Assembly (NCBI GenBank): GCA_964461165.1 | Contig: CAYWTC010000001.1 | Location: 1 to 54,611 of the forward strand | From: an uncultured Candidatus Saccharibacteria bacterium | GTDB taxonomy: Bacteria; Patescibacteriota; Minisyncoccia; Phycocordibacterales; UBA5272 | DNA: 54,611 nucleotides | Direction: 5' to 3' | Part shown: positions 44,509-52,917 of the stretch, piece after piece | How the letters are laid out: the number at the start of each line of letters is the position of its first letter | Position numbering within the stretch: position 1 is the first letter of the stretch | Translations under genes and position numbers: made by a program | The notes under the pieces: generated by a model | The model's input: the letters and a program-made list of their open reading frames with translations, nothing else | Told to the model about the DNA's origin: nothing | Databases searched by the model: none

Positions 44509-45129
44509 TTATCGTGAATAGTATTCAAGAACCTTCTGGGTATCGAATACTGGCTCTACTTCACGTGGAACCCCAGATACCTTAGCCTCTAATTTCTTAC
44601 CATCAATCACAAGTGTGTGAATTGGCTGTGCCTTTTCAAGAACTTCGACAAGACCAGTGAAAACCTTGGCTCCCTTACTACCCTCACGGATAGAAATAAT
44701 GTCGCCTAGTTTTACCTGATGTGAAGCAACTGTCACCTTACGTCCATTAACAACAATGTGTCCGTGGGAAACGATCTGGCGAGCAAGCGCTCGCGTCTTT
44801 GCGAATCCTGAACGATACACAACGTTATCAAGACGAGATTCAAGCTCACGGTAGAGCTTAAGCGCAGGAGATGTAGCGTCTTTACCAGACTCGATCTTTG
44901 AAAGAGCTCGCTTTACGTACATAGAAAATTGCTTTTCCATAAGACCGTAGGTAATACGCATCTTCTGCTTTGCGCGAAGTTGCTCTCCGTATTCAGATGT
45001 TGATGATCGATGCTTACGCTCGCTATCAAGCTTTCCAGGAGCGTATGGACGCTTCAAGTACGCACACTTTGTACGGCCACACAGTGACTCTCCAAGACGA
45101 CGACAAGATTTACAGGTGATTCTAGACAT
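44509..45129 (-). CDS. rpsD: 30S ribosomal protein S4
   Basis: CKSCRRLGESLC zinc-ribbon-like N-terminus and an S4 RNA-binding domain. Confidence 0.95.
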   Translation of the reverse strand: MSRITCKSCRRLGESLCGRTKCAYLKRPYAPGKLDSERKHRSSTSEYGEQLRAKQKMRITYGLMEKQFSMYVKRALSKIESGKDATSPALKLYRELESRLDNVVYRSGFAKTRALARQIVSHGHIVVNGRKVTVASHQVKLGDIISIREGSKGAKVFTGLVEVLEKAQPIHTLVIDGKKLEAKVSGVPREVEPVFDTQKVLEYYSR

Positions 45130-45139
45130 AAAGATAAAA

Positions 45140-45574
45140 TTATACGTGGCGAGGCTTAGGTGGCTTAGGTCCGTTGTGTGGAACCGGAGTCATATCAATA
45201 ATAGAAACGATATCAACACCAAACGATGAGAATGCTCGGATAGCTGACTCTCGCCCTGATCCAACACCCTTCACAACAACAGCCACTTCCTTGAGGCCTG
45301 CTTGTGAAGCTTTTTCTCCAATAAGTTCTCCGATTTTTGAAGCAGCAAAAGGTGTCCCTTTCTTTGCACCCTTAAATCCAAGAGCTCCTGATGAAGACCA
45401 CGCCAAAATATTACCTGACTTATCAGCAAGCGATACACGAGTGTTGTTGTATGTCGATTCTACATAGAGAGTTCCCTCTACTATTTTCTTCTTAACAACC
45501 TTAGCAAGAGAACGTGCTTTAAGCGCGCTATCTACACCTGAGCTATTCTTTTTTACGATTCGTTTCTTTCCCAT
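45140..45574 (-). CDS. rpsK: 30S ribosomal protein S11
   Basis: NNTRVSLAD ... GFKGAKKGTPFAA ... PHNG pattern. Confidence 0.95.
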   Translation of the reverse strand: MGKKRIVKKNSSGVDSALKARSLAKVVKKKIVEGTLYVESTYNNTRVSLADKSGNILAWSSSGALGFKGAKKGTPFAASKIGELIGEKASQAGLKEVAVVVKGVGSGRESAIRAFSSFGVDIVSIIDMTPVPHNGPKPPKPRHV

Positions 45575-45606
45575 AGGATTTCAATGATTAGAGTTGCAAA
45601 TTATTT

Positions 45607-45987
45607 TTAGGTCTTTTCTACCTTACGACGACCGCTACCCATAGTACGGCGAACGTTACCACGCACAGTTCGACTGTTTGTCTTTGTACGCTGGCCGTGT
45701 GCTGGGAGGTGCTTAATGTGACGAGTGCCACGATATGACTTAATATCTTTCAAACGCTTGATGTTCTGCTGAACATCTCGCTTAAGATCTCCTTCTGTCT
45801 TAAAAGCTTCAATTTCTCGACGAATTGCATTCTCCTGGTCCGGAGAGAGCGCAGGCGTCTTCATGCCGTGATCAAGACCAAGCTTGTCAAGGATTTTTTT
45901 CGCACGAGCACGCCCTACTCCATACACCGCCGTGAGGGCGATTTCGAGACGTTTGTTTTCTGGAAGTGTAATACCTGATATACGCAT
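45607..45987 (-). CDS. rpsM: 30S ribosomal protein S13
   Basis: MRISGITLPENKRLEIALTAVYGVG ... KTNSRT pattern. Confidence 0.95.
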   Translation of the reverse strand: MRISGITLPENKRLEIALTAVYGVGRARAKKILDKLGLDHGMKTPALSPDQENAIRREIEAFKTEGDLKRDVQQNIKRLKDIKSYRGTRHIKHLPAHGQRTKTNSRTVRGNVRRTMGSGRRKVEKT

Positions 45988-45999
45988 ATAAATAATTGG

Positions 46000-46113
46000 T
46001 TAGCCCTGAGCCTGCTTATGCTTAGGAGTTTCGCAAATCACACGAAGAACACCACCTCGTTTTACGAGCTGACATTTTGAACAAATTTTTTTAACTGATG
46101 ATCGTACCTTCAT
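46000..46113 (-). CDS. rpmJ: 50S ribosomal protein L36
   Basis: Manual translation gives [37 protein letters not shown] (37 aa, below the ORF-track cutoff). Confidence 0.9.
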   Translation of the reverse strand: MKVRSSVKKICSKCQLVKRGGVLRVICETPKHKQAQG

Positions 46114-46142
46114 TGCTTTATAATTGCGAAAATATGCCTGGT

Positions 46143-46171
46143 ATTCTACCAAATAATGAAATTATTTGCAA
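46143..46171 (-). promoter_or_regulatory. promoter of rpmJ-rpsM-rpsK-rpsD-rpoA-rplQ unit
   Basis: Minus strand: TTGCAA (46166-46171), 17-nt spacer that includes the TGg extension, TAGAAT (46143-46148). Confidence 0.6.
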
Positions 46172-46181
46172 GTTATTACCC

Positions 46182-46394
46182 TTAGAGACGCTTGATAATT
46201 CTCCCTTTCCCTCCATACGGATCGACTTGTACCGACACTTTATCGCCTACAAGTACTTTAATTTTGTTCACACGCATACGCCCACCAAGATATGAAAGGA
46301 TTTCTTTGCCATTACTTGTCTGCACACGAAAAAGAGTACTTGGTAATGCCTCTACGACGCGTCCTTCTACTAGTTCTAGTTCGTTATCTTCCAT
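46182..46394 (-). CDS. infA: translation initiation factor IF-1
   Basis: S1-like OB fold (GRVVEALPSTLFRVQTSNGKEILSYLGGRMR ... GDKVSVQVDPY). ATG 46394 preferred. Confidence 0.9.
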   Translation of the reverse strand: MEDNELELVEGRVVEALPSTLFRVQTSNGKEILSYLGGRMRVNKIKVLVGDKVSVQVDPYGGKGRIIKRL

Positions 46395-46444
46395 TATGAT
46401 TATTGTGTTGCGGTGCCTCAGTCTATCAGTCGAGCGTTGTTTGG

Positions 46445-47839
46445 TCAACGATTAGGGATAGTTTCTTTCACGGTTATGTGACTCATGTCGTCAGGGAATG
46501 AGCTCACCCAGGTAGGAAATACGTCACGGCTCGCCTTCTGAATCGAAGGTAGACCCTTTAAGAGCGAGTTAAACTCATCTTTGTTCTTACCTGCGAGTAG
46601 ACGCTTTAATTGATCGTGATCAATGTTCCAAATAATGCGCGGATTACCCTCAACAAGGACGTCTATCTTTGTGTCGGTACTGATATTCGCAGTATTTTTA
46701 ACGCTGTACTCTACACCATCAGTATATGCAAGTCGAACACTTTCATTAGCATAGTTTCGTGCTGATTTCGCAAAAGCTTGTGCCAGTTCTCCACTACGAG
46801 CAAGCACCATGTACCCTGTCGCTTGTACAGAATATGTACTTTCGTCGCCCGAAAGAATTGCTTTTTCATTATCTTCAAAATATACACGTACTGATGATCG
46901 GAATGGAGTGTATCCGTCTTGCGTTACTTTACCAAGAGAGGCACGAAGCTCCTCAGTTAACTCAAGAGCAAGCTCATCTTTTGCGGCATTAACATCAGAG
47001 AGACTCGCAAGAGATTTTGTTCCTGATGCTCCACCAGATACAGAACCCTTAGATCTCGCGAAGAAGCCATCATACTGTGGCGACCCCTTAAACCCTGGGA
47101 TAGTAAAGTCTGTCGGCTCTGTGTTGTATTCACTACCATAATCATCGGCGTATATTGTCACCTCCACACTACCCGGAACATCCCCTTTCTTTCCAGGGAT
47201 AGTAATTGACTGATTAATACGATATATCTTGCCAGAGGCCGACTCAAAACGGGTATTTTTAATAAGACGTTGAGGTTCTGTGCTGTATTTATTGTAAACA
47301 ATGATTACACCTGAGGCTTTTGCTTCTACTTTTTTCGTTTCAGAAAGTTGTAGTTTTTTTGTTTTTGATGCTGAGGATGTCGCGAGAACAAAGTGAATAT
47401 CACCAACCTCTCCTTCTTTTACAAGAGAAAATGTCTTGCCGAGGTTAATGTCATCTGTGTATTGTGGCGTAATAGTAATCGTAGCACTATTAAATACATA
47501 TGTAGTAAGGAATACTCCTATGACAATACACGCAGTAGCTGCAATAAATATCCATGTACGCTTGTTAGTATCATCTGGATACCGCGTTCGAGGGTCACGA
47601 TACATTGACCTATCAAGGACGTCGCTTCGCATACCTGCACTTTCTTTGCTTCCTCGACGAGGATACATGTCCATAGCATCAATATCACGACGAACACGCA
47701 CACCGTTACGTGGTATATGAACAGCATCTTTACTATCTTCTTCGAGATCTGTATAGTCGCGACGTTCAAACCGTTCTACTCGAGCGGAAATATCGTTATT
47801 AGATTTTGAATGAGAGTATGGTTTTCGTATGTCCTGCAT
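46445..47839 (-). CDS. hypothetical single-pass membrane protein, 464 aa
   Basis: Charged N-terminal tail, one TM (WIFIAATACIVIGVFLTTYVF), large extracytoplasmic beta-rich region. Backbone-like composition. No family recognised. Confidence 0.6.
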   Translation of the reverse strand: MQDIRKPYSHSKSNNDISARVERFERRDYTDLEEDSKDAVHIPRNGVRVRRDIDAMDMYPRRGSKESAGMRSDVLDRSMYRDPRTRYPDDTNKRTWIFIAATACIVIGVFLTTYVFNSATITITPQYTDDINLGKTFSLVKEGEVGDIHFVLATSSASKTKKLQLSETKKVEAKASGVIIVYNKYSTEPQRLIKNTRFESASGKIYRINQSITIPGKKGDVPGSVEVTIYADDYGSEYNTEPTDFTIPGFKGSPQYDGFFARSKGSVSGGASGTKSLASLSDVNAAKDELALELTEELRASLGKVTQDGYTPFRSSVRVYFEDNEKAILSGDESTYSVQATGYMVLARSGELAQAFAKSARNYANESVRLAYTDGVEYSVKNTANISTDTKIDVLVEGNPRIIWNIDHDQLKRLLAGKNKDEFNSLLKGLPSIQKASRDVFPTWVSSFPDDMSHITVKETIPNR

Positions 47840-48182
47840 ACCGATGAGTTAGATCTTTACTATTCTCAAGTGTAACATGTGGGGCTACTCCATCAGTGAA
47901 GAACTGTGTATAAGAAGCGTTCTGAATCACTCCATGTAACCACGTTTGATATCGCGGAGTAAGTAAGCGTATATCTGTTGGTATACGGTCGTGAAGCGAT
48001 ATGAATTCAAGAAGATATTGCACGCCATCTAAGAGCTTACTTCCAGCGATACGTCCCAAACCTTCTGCTTCCATATGCCGTATACCATGTGGGTGAGTAT
48101 GCGCGACAATAACTTCATTATCGACAACATAGTACATATGCGTAGATTGATCACCAACAGAAATACTAAGGAATCGAGACAT
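47799..48182 (-). CDS. hypothetical protein, 127 aa
   Basis: Overlaps the downstream 464-aa ORF by 41 nt in a different frame. No family recognised. Confidence 0.45.
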   Translation of the reverse strand: MSRFLSISVGDQSTHMYYVVDNEVIVAHTHPHGIRHMEAEGLGRIAGSKLLDGVQYLLEFISLHDRIPTDIRLLTPRYQTWLHGVIQNASYTQFFTDGVAPHVTLENSKDLTHRYAGHTKTILSFKI

Positions 48183-48220
48183 GGGTATAGTTTATAGGTA
48201 ATGGTTGCTAGTTACTAGTG

Positions 48221-48261
48221 GATACAAAAGAGCGACGCTTACGGCGTCGCTCTTTTGTATC
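48221..48261 (-). terminator. long perfect hairpin after 126-aa gene
   Basis: 18-bp stem gatacaaaagagcgacgc/gcgtcgctcttttgtatc. No clean U-tract. Confidence 0.55.
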
Positions 48262-48269
48262 CTAAAACA

Positions 48270-48650
48270 TTAAAAATCAGACCACTCGTCGATCTTCCAT
48301 GTACCATTTTGTTTATGCGCAAGCTCTAACCCTGAGCATCCAACATTCTCGTCCATCTCTTCCTGTGTTGTGGCGTCCTTATTACAATTTATCCCGACTA
48401 ACATTCTTGCTTTTACTACTCCGTAACTTTTTTCAAAATCTGTTACAGCAATAACCAAATCATCCTTCGGTGTAAGGTTAAACTCTTCTATAAAAATCGG
48501 TCGCAGCTCTCTTTCGTATACTTTATATGTAACAAACCGTACTGGATTAAGTGTATTAGTGAGGGCTTGGGTTTTTAAATAATATAAATACCCCTCAAAG
48601 GCGGCAGCGATGATAGCAACGATAATTATGACTTTATATATGTTTTTCAT
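48270..48650 (-). CDS. hypothetical membrane-anchored protein, 126 aa
   Basis: N-terminal TM (VIIIVAIIAAAF). TGGTATACT (48657-48665) lies 6 nt upstream of the ATG. Confidence 0.55.
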   Translation of the reverse strand: MKNIYKVIIIVAIIAAAFEGYLYYLKTQALTNTLNPVRFVTYKVYERELRPIFIEEFNLTPKDDLVIAVTDFEKSYGVVKARMLVGINCNKDATTQEEMDENVGCSGLELAHKQNGTWKIDEWSDF

Positions 48651-48680
48651 GTTAAAAGTATACCACCTTCCTGGGTTGGC

Positions 48681-49229
48681 TTACTCAACGATATAAACCC
48701 ATCCCGGTTCCCATGTTTTTGTTTTTCTCCAGTCTTCGGCGAGAGCCTCTTTCCACGTCTTCCCTTTAAGAATCACATCAAGCGCGAGTTGTGGGGCTTT
48801 GTGTCCAACTATTGCAATGTTCTTTCCGTCGTAATTCTTTGTCAAAAATTCTAAAAAGTCTGCAACTCTTGCTTTTACATCCTCATAACTCTCACCTCCT
48901 GGAAACGGTTGTTCAATACACTCATCTTCTTGCATTGGCTCGACAATGTCCGATGATGCACCATTTAACGTTCCATAGCTACATTCACGAAGTCGTGCGT
49001 CGGGAACAATGGTATATATATCACCCCACGCCAGTTGCGCTGATGTAAGGGCGCGCTTCAAATCAGAACAAAAGACAACATCAAAATGTTTATCCTTAGT
49101 AAGATCTTTCAGTGCAATTGACTGTTGTACTCCTAACTCGGACAACTCAACATCCTTCCAACCAGATGAAATGTGTTGCTCGTTGTCTGTTGTAGTGCCG
49201 TGCACAAAATAGGTAATGTTAATTGACAT
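48681..49229 (-). CDS. histidine phosphatase (phosphoglycerate mutase-like) family protein
   Basis: YFVHGTTTDN N-terminal motif (Val replaces the usual Arg of RHG) and a C-terminal IVGHKAP motif. ATG 49229 is preferred because the ORF-track extension overlaps alaS. Confidence 0.65.
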   Translation of the reverse strand: MSINITYFVHGTTTDNEQHISSGWKDVELSELGVQQSIALKDLTKDKHFDVVFCSDLKRALTSAQLAWGDIYTIVPDARLRECSYGTLNGASSDIVEPMQEDECIEQPFPGGESYEDVKARVADFLEFLTKNYDGKNIAIVGHKAPQLALDVILKGKTWKEALAEDWRKTKTWEPGWVYIVE

Positions 49230-49254
49230 AGTTATGTTATGTAATGAAACAGTT

Positions 49255-51309
49255 CTAGGACAAAACTGCCTTGATACGACGCACCCCAGCTGAAACTGCT
49301 TCTTCTTTTTGGATTTTGAATGGACCAGTGCTATCTGACCTATGCCCTTGATTGCTATCAAGTGCACGAATTCCACCTACGGCGAGTTCGCCTGTGGAAT
49401 TCGCATGTGGACCACCACAGAACTCCATCGAGAAAAGATCTTTATCCCCTCGATTCTTTCCTTCACCGATTCGATAAATACTCACCACATCGCCATACTT
49501 GTCACCAAAGAGTCCAATAGCGCCACGGGTACGCGCCTCTTCCATCGACACCTCTTCACGAGTGACGGGAAGATTTTCTTTGATACGTGCATTGATAATA
49601 TCTTCCACTTGTTTCTTTTCTTCGTCAGTCATCTTTCGTTCAAATGAAAAGTCGAAGCGTAGTCGCTCAGGAGTGATGTTACTTCCCTTCTGCTCCACAG
49701 TCTCACCGAGCACTTCTCGAAGCGCCTGGTGAAGCATATGAGTCGCTGTGTGATACTTTGTTTCCATTTCTCCGTCGCCACCGAGACCTCCTTTAAACTT
49801 TCCAGCAGATGCTGTGCGAGATTGTTCGGCATGCCGCTCTTTAAGAATTTCAAATTCAGCCGTAACAACTGTCATTCCTTTTTCCTTGGCTAGTTCAACT
49901 GTAAGCTCAACAGGAAACCCATAGGACTGCAGCAAGTTGAAAGCGTCTTCCCCCGAGATAAAGTTCATTTTTTCCTGCGGTGCTCCGTTAACACTGAAAT
50001 AAGTCCTATTTGACACCCTCTCAAACTCTTTCATCCCTGACTCAAGCGTCTTTCGAAACTTTTCTTCTTCCTTAGTGAGCTCAGACAAAATAGTCTCTCG
50101 CTTTTCTTCTAGGTTTGTATACTCGTCTTTGTAATACTCAATAAAACTTGTTGCAACTTCGGCAATAAAGTTGTCATGAATACCAAGATTTCTCGCATAG
50201 CGCACCGCACGCCGAATAAGTCGTCTGACGAAGTACATTTGATCCTTATTCCCAGGGAATATTCCATCCCCAACTAAAAATGTAGCCGCACGAACATGAT
50301 CCAAGATTACACGGTATGCAAATGTAGGATTTTTAAGATCAGTATAGGTAACTGCAATATCAGAAACATACGGCATCCCAGAAATCTTTTCCAAAATCTT
50401 TTTTGCATTTTCAAAGACGTCGATATTAAACATATCTGCGTCGTTTCTGATCGCAGCAACCCAACGTTCAAGTCCAGAACCGTGGTCCACGTTCATTTGT
50501 GGCAGCTCCTCAAAACCATGTGCAACTTTTTTGTACTGCATGAACACATTGTTTCCAATTTCCATGAAGCGCCCGCAATCACAGTTTGGGTGACAGACTT
50601 CATTTGCCCATTTACTATTGTTGTGAATGTTGTGAACATGCTTACCTTCTTCATCTATCGGGTCGAAATCATAAAACATCTCTGTGTCTGGCCCACCAGG
50701 TTCCCCTTCTGGCATCTTAGCTGGCACACCTGCACGGCTCCACCAATTCTTCTTGTCTGAATAGTAAAAAATATGCTCAGGTACACCATCTATTGTGCGA
50801 ATACCATCTTTTTCTGGTTCGTTACCAATAGCAACCATAAGCCCATGTTCTTTGAAAAGTTTTTGCCAGAGTAGTGCTGAAAAAGTATCCTGCGGAACAT
50901 TAAGTGATTCATTTCCAGCAAAACACGATACATAGAAGTTACGAAGATCAAGGTTGTACTCCTTCACAAAGAAATTAAACATCCATGTAATTTCTTCTTC
51001 TTTGAAGTAGTCACCAAATGACCAGTTACCGAGCATTTCAAAAAATGTTGTGTGACGGTTATCACCAACCTCTTCAATATCCTGTGAACGGAAACATTTT
51101 TGGCTGTCTGCAACCCGTGTTCCCAAATGGTGCTTTTGCCCAAGGAGGTATGGAAGCATCGGCTGCATGCCAGAACCTGTAAAAAGGGTCGTAGGGTCAT
51201 TCTCGGGCACAAGAGAAGCCGAGGGCACGATAGCGTGCCCCTTCTCTTTCATATACTCTAGAAATTTTGAGCGAATCTCGCTGAGAGTTATCTTTGTAAT
51301 TGATGACAT
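49255..51309 (-). CDS. alaS: alanine--tRNA ligase (short form, 684 aa)
   Basis: HTTFFEMLGNWSFGDYFK, editing-domain HTATHMLH and CGGPH motifs. The protein ends soon after the editing domain. Confidence 0.9.
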   Translation of the reverse strand: MSSITKITLSEIRSKFLEYMKEKGHAIVPSASLVPENDPTTLFTGSGMQPMLPYLLGQKHHLGTRVADSQKCFRSQDIEEVGDNRHTTFFEMLGNWSFGDYFKEEEITWMFNFFVKEYNLDLRNFYVSCFAGNESLNVPQDTFSALLWQKLFKEHGLMVAIGNEPEKDGIRTIDGVPEHIFYYSDKKNWWSRAGVPAKMPEGEPGGPDTEMFYDFDPIDEEGKHVHNIHNNSKWANEVCHPNCDCGRFMEIGNNVFMQYKKVAHGFEELPQMNVDHGSGLERWVAAIRNDADMFNIDVFENAKKILEKISGMPYVSDIAVTYTDLKNPTFAYRVILDHVRAATFLVGDGIFPGNKDQMYFVRRLIRRAVRYARNLGIHDNFIAEVATSFIEYYKDEYTNLEEKRETILSELTKEEEKFRKTLESGMKEFERVSNRTYFSVNGAPQEKMNFISGEDAFNLLQSYGFPVELTVELAKEKGMTVVTAEFEILKERHAEQSRTASAGKFKGGLGGDGEMETKYHTATHMLHQALREVLGETVEQKGSNITPERLRFDFSFERKMTDEEKKQVEDIINARIKENLPVTREEVSMEEARTRGAIGLFGDKYGDVVSIYRIGEGKNRGDKDLFSMEFCGGPHANSTGELAVGGIRALDSNQGHRSDSTGPFKIQKEEAVSAGVRRIKAVLS

Positions 51310-51315
51310 TTTTTG

Positions 51316-51324
51316 ATTATACCA
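51316..51324 (-). promoter_or_regulatory. extended -10 element (TGGTATAAT) of alaS
   Basis: Perfect TGnTATAAT, 6 nt upstream of ATG 51309 on the minus strand. Confidence 0.5.
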
Positions 51325-51361
51325 GAGGGAGACACTAGATTCTAGGTACTAGATTTTAGAT

Positions 51362-51387
51362 AAAACAAAAACGCATCCGTAGATGCG
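51362..51387 (-). terminator. intrinsic terminator of cassette I
   Basis: Stem cgcatc/gatgcg, followed on the minus strand by UUUUUGUUUU. A second hairpin, gaacctc/gaggttc, lies at 51398-51414. Confidence 0.6.
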
Positions 51388-51424
51388 CCTATAGTAAGAA
51401 CCTCAAAGAGGTTCGTTTTGATGC

Positions 51425-51697
51425 TTAACTTTTGGGTGCCAGGTCTTTCAACTTTTGAGCGTCCTCCTCGGGTAGTCCAAACCCCGTATGGTACAGCACA
51501 TACCCTTTTTCAAACAAGACATGAGCCTCTTCGGGGGTTACGCTATGTTCGCCCGGTAATGGACCTTCGAATTCTGTATGTCGAACCCCAGAACATAAAC
51601 ACACAATGAGCGTATAACGAACATGTCGCCTCTCGTCGTGCGCATACGTCATATCAAGGGTTCTCTCACCGCTACAACGCCTACACATAAGTGTCAT
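51425..51697 (-). CDS. hypothetical protein, 90 aa (cassette I)
   Basis: AAGGAA (51704-51709) lies 6 nt upstream of the ATG. CxxC near the N-terminus plus a CLC motif. No family recognised. Confidence 0.5.
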   Translation of the reverse strand: MTLMCRRCSGERTLDMTYAHDERRHVRYTLIVCLCSGVRHTEFEGPLPGEHSVTPEEAHVLFEKGYVLYHTGFGLPEEDAQKLKDLAPKS

Positions 51698-51865
51698 AGT
51701 GTCTTCCTTTCTGAGAACAACTCTTGATTCTTAGTGTAGCAAATAAAAAAAGACGCCTCGACCCATAGGATAAAGACGTCAACCAACAAAGGTTTGGCAA
51801 CCGCGTATAGTTGGATTGGTATTGTAACACGATAAGCACACACCTGTCAAGAAGCCTTCTGGTAT

Positions 51866-51895
51866 ATAAAAAACGAGCCCGGAGGCTCGTTTTTG
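51866..51895 (-). terminator. bidirectional intrinsic terminator of cassette J
   Basis: aaaaaa-cgagcc-cgga-ggctcg-ttttt. Confidence 0.75.
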
Positions 51896-51908
51896 CGCAG
51901 TTTGTGGA

Positions 51909-52181
51909 TTATGCTTCTGCCATATCTCCTTCTGCAAATGCGACGGCTAAGGCCTTCTGAAACTCCGCATGGGAGCCAAACGTTGACCTAGCTGCCGTGC
52001 CAGCTTTTGTATGTACTGGCTTTTTTGTTTTTTTGAACCACGTTCTGGGTGGTGGTTCTGGAATATTATTCCACCATGCACTCGATAGTGCGCGGCGCTC
52101 AGGTATCTGTATCTTCCTTTTGTGGACGACACGACCACCTGAGACTTCCAGAATATCCACTTCGGTTGCCAAACATAGCAC
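51909..52181 (-). CDS. hypothetical basic protein, 90 aa (GC-rich cassette J)
   Basis: GAGGAG (52188-52193) lies 6 nt upstream of the GTG start. Pro/Lys-rich centre (PEPPPRTWFKKTKKPVHTK). No family recognised. Confidence 0.5.
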   Translation of the reverse strand: MLCLATEVDILEVSGGRVVHKRKIQIPERRALSSAWWNNIPEPPPRTWFKKTKKPVHTKAGTAARSTFGSHAEFQKALAVAFAEGDMAEA

Positions 52182-52266
52182 AGGAAACTCCTCTTTTTAT
52201 CTCCCCAGCCGGAATACTGGGTGATTCACATTCTACAATATATAAAAAATTAGTCAACGAATATGT

Positions 52267-52716
52267 CTACTTGAAAATTGCTGTGATAGCTGTCCACGGA
52301 ACGGCAATAAGGAGTGTGCCGCCGACGACAAGGATAAGTCCAACGATCGCTTGTATGCTCACCCCTTCTGCCAAGACAAGCACAGCAAGTATCGCAGTAA
52401 AAACAATAGACAGTTTATCTATCACTGTTACGGTTAACGTAGGGCCGCCTGCTAGTGCGTGGTAGAAAAATATCCATGAACACGCCCCGCCAATACCGGA
52501 CGCAATAACGAAAGCCCACTGCTTAACGGAAAGTGTCGCAAGAGAAGCATAACTTAACTTCCCGAAAGACAGTGCGGCAAGCGTAACAACACACGCCATG
52601 ATAATACCCCTGATTGCCGTAAGAAGATTTGCATCTACTCCTTTTAATCCGGCCTTTGCAAAAATAGTTCCAATGGATGCCATAATAGCGCCAAGGAGTG
52701 CGTAGATGATATACAT
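52267..52716 (-). CDS. EamA-domain (DMT superfamily) small transporter
   Basis: 149 aa, about 5 TM segments, single EamA repeat pattern. Confidence 0.7.
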   Translation of the reverse strand: MYIIYALLGAIMASIGTIFAKAGLKGVDANLLTAIRGIIMACVVTLAALSFGKLSYASLATLSVKQWAFVIASGIGGACSWIFFYHALAGGPTLTVTVIDKLSIVFTAILAVLVLAEGVSIQAIVGLILVVGGTLLIAVPWTAITAIFK

Positions 52717-52917
52717 ACGTATAGTGTATAACCAACAAGCAATAGTTCCTAGATATACACCCTCAGAACTGTAGTGTTCTTTATATCTTTAAATCTTAGA
52801 CTCTATCGCACTACCATCTTCCAACTATTTAGAACGTCGATAATACAAGCATACCAACACGGTTTTATATAGCAAGTTATCTGATATATGGGATATATTA
52901 GATAATAGCGGATAGTA

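Noticed and set aside
43060-45144. TATAAT-like hexamers 9 nt upstream of rplM (43060-43065) and rpsD (45139-45144), considered as internal promoters.
   Set aside because: They overlap the stop codons of the preceding ribosomal genes in a tightly packed operon, and they lack the TG extension. They may be real internal promoters or just AT-rich junctions, so they are not called.
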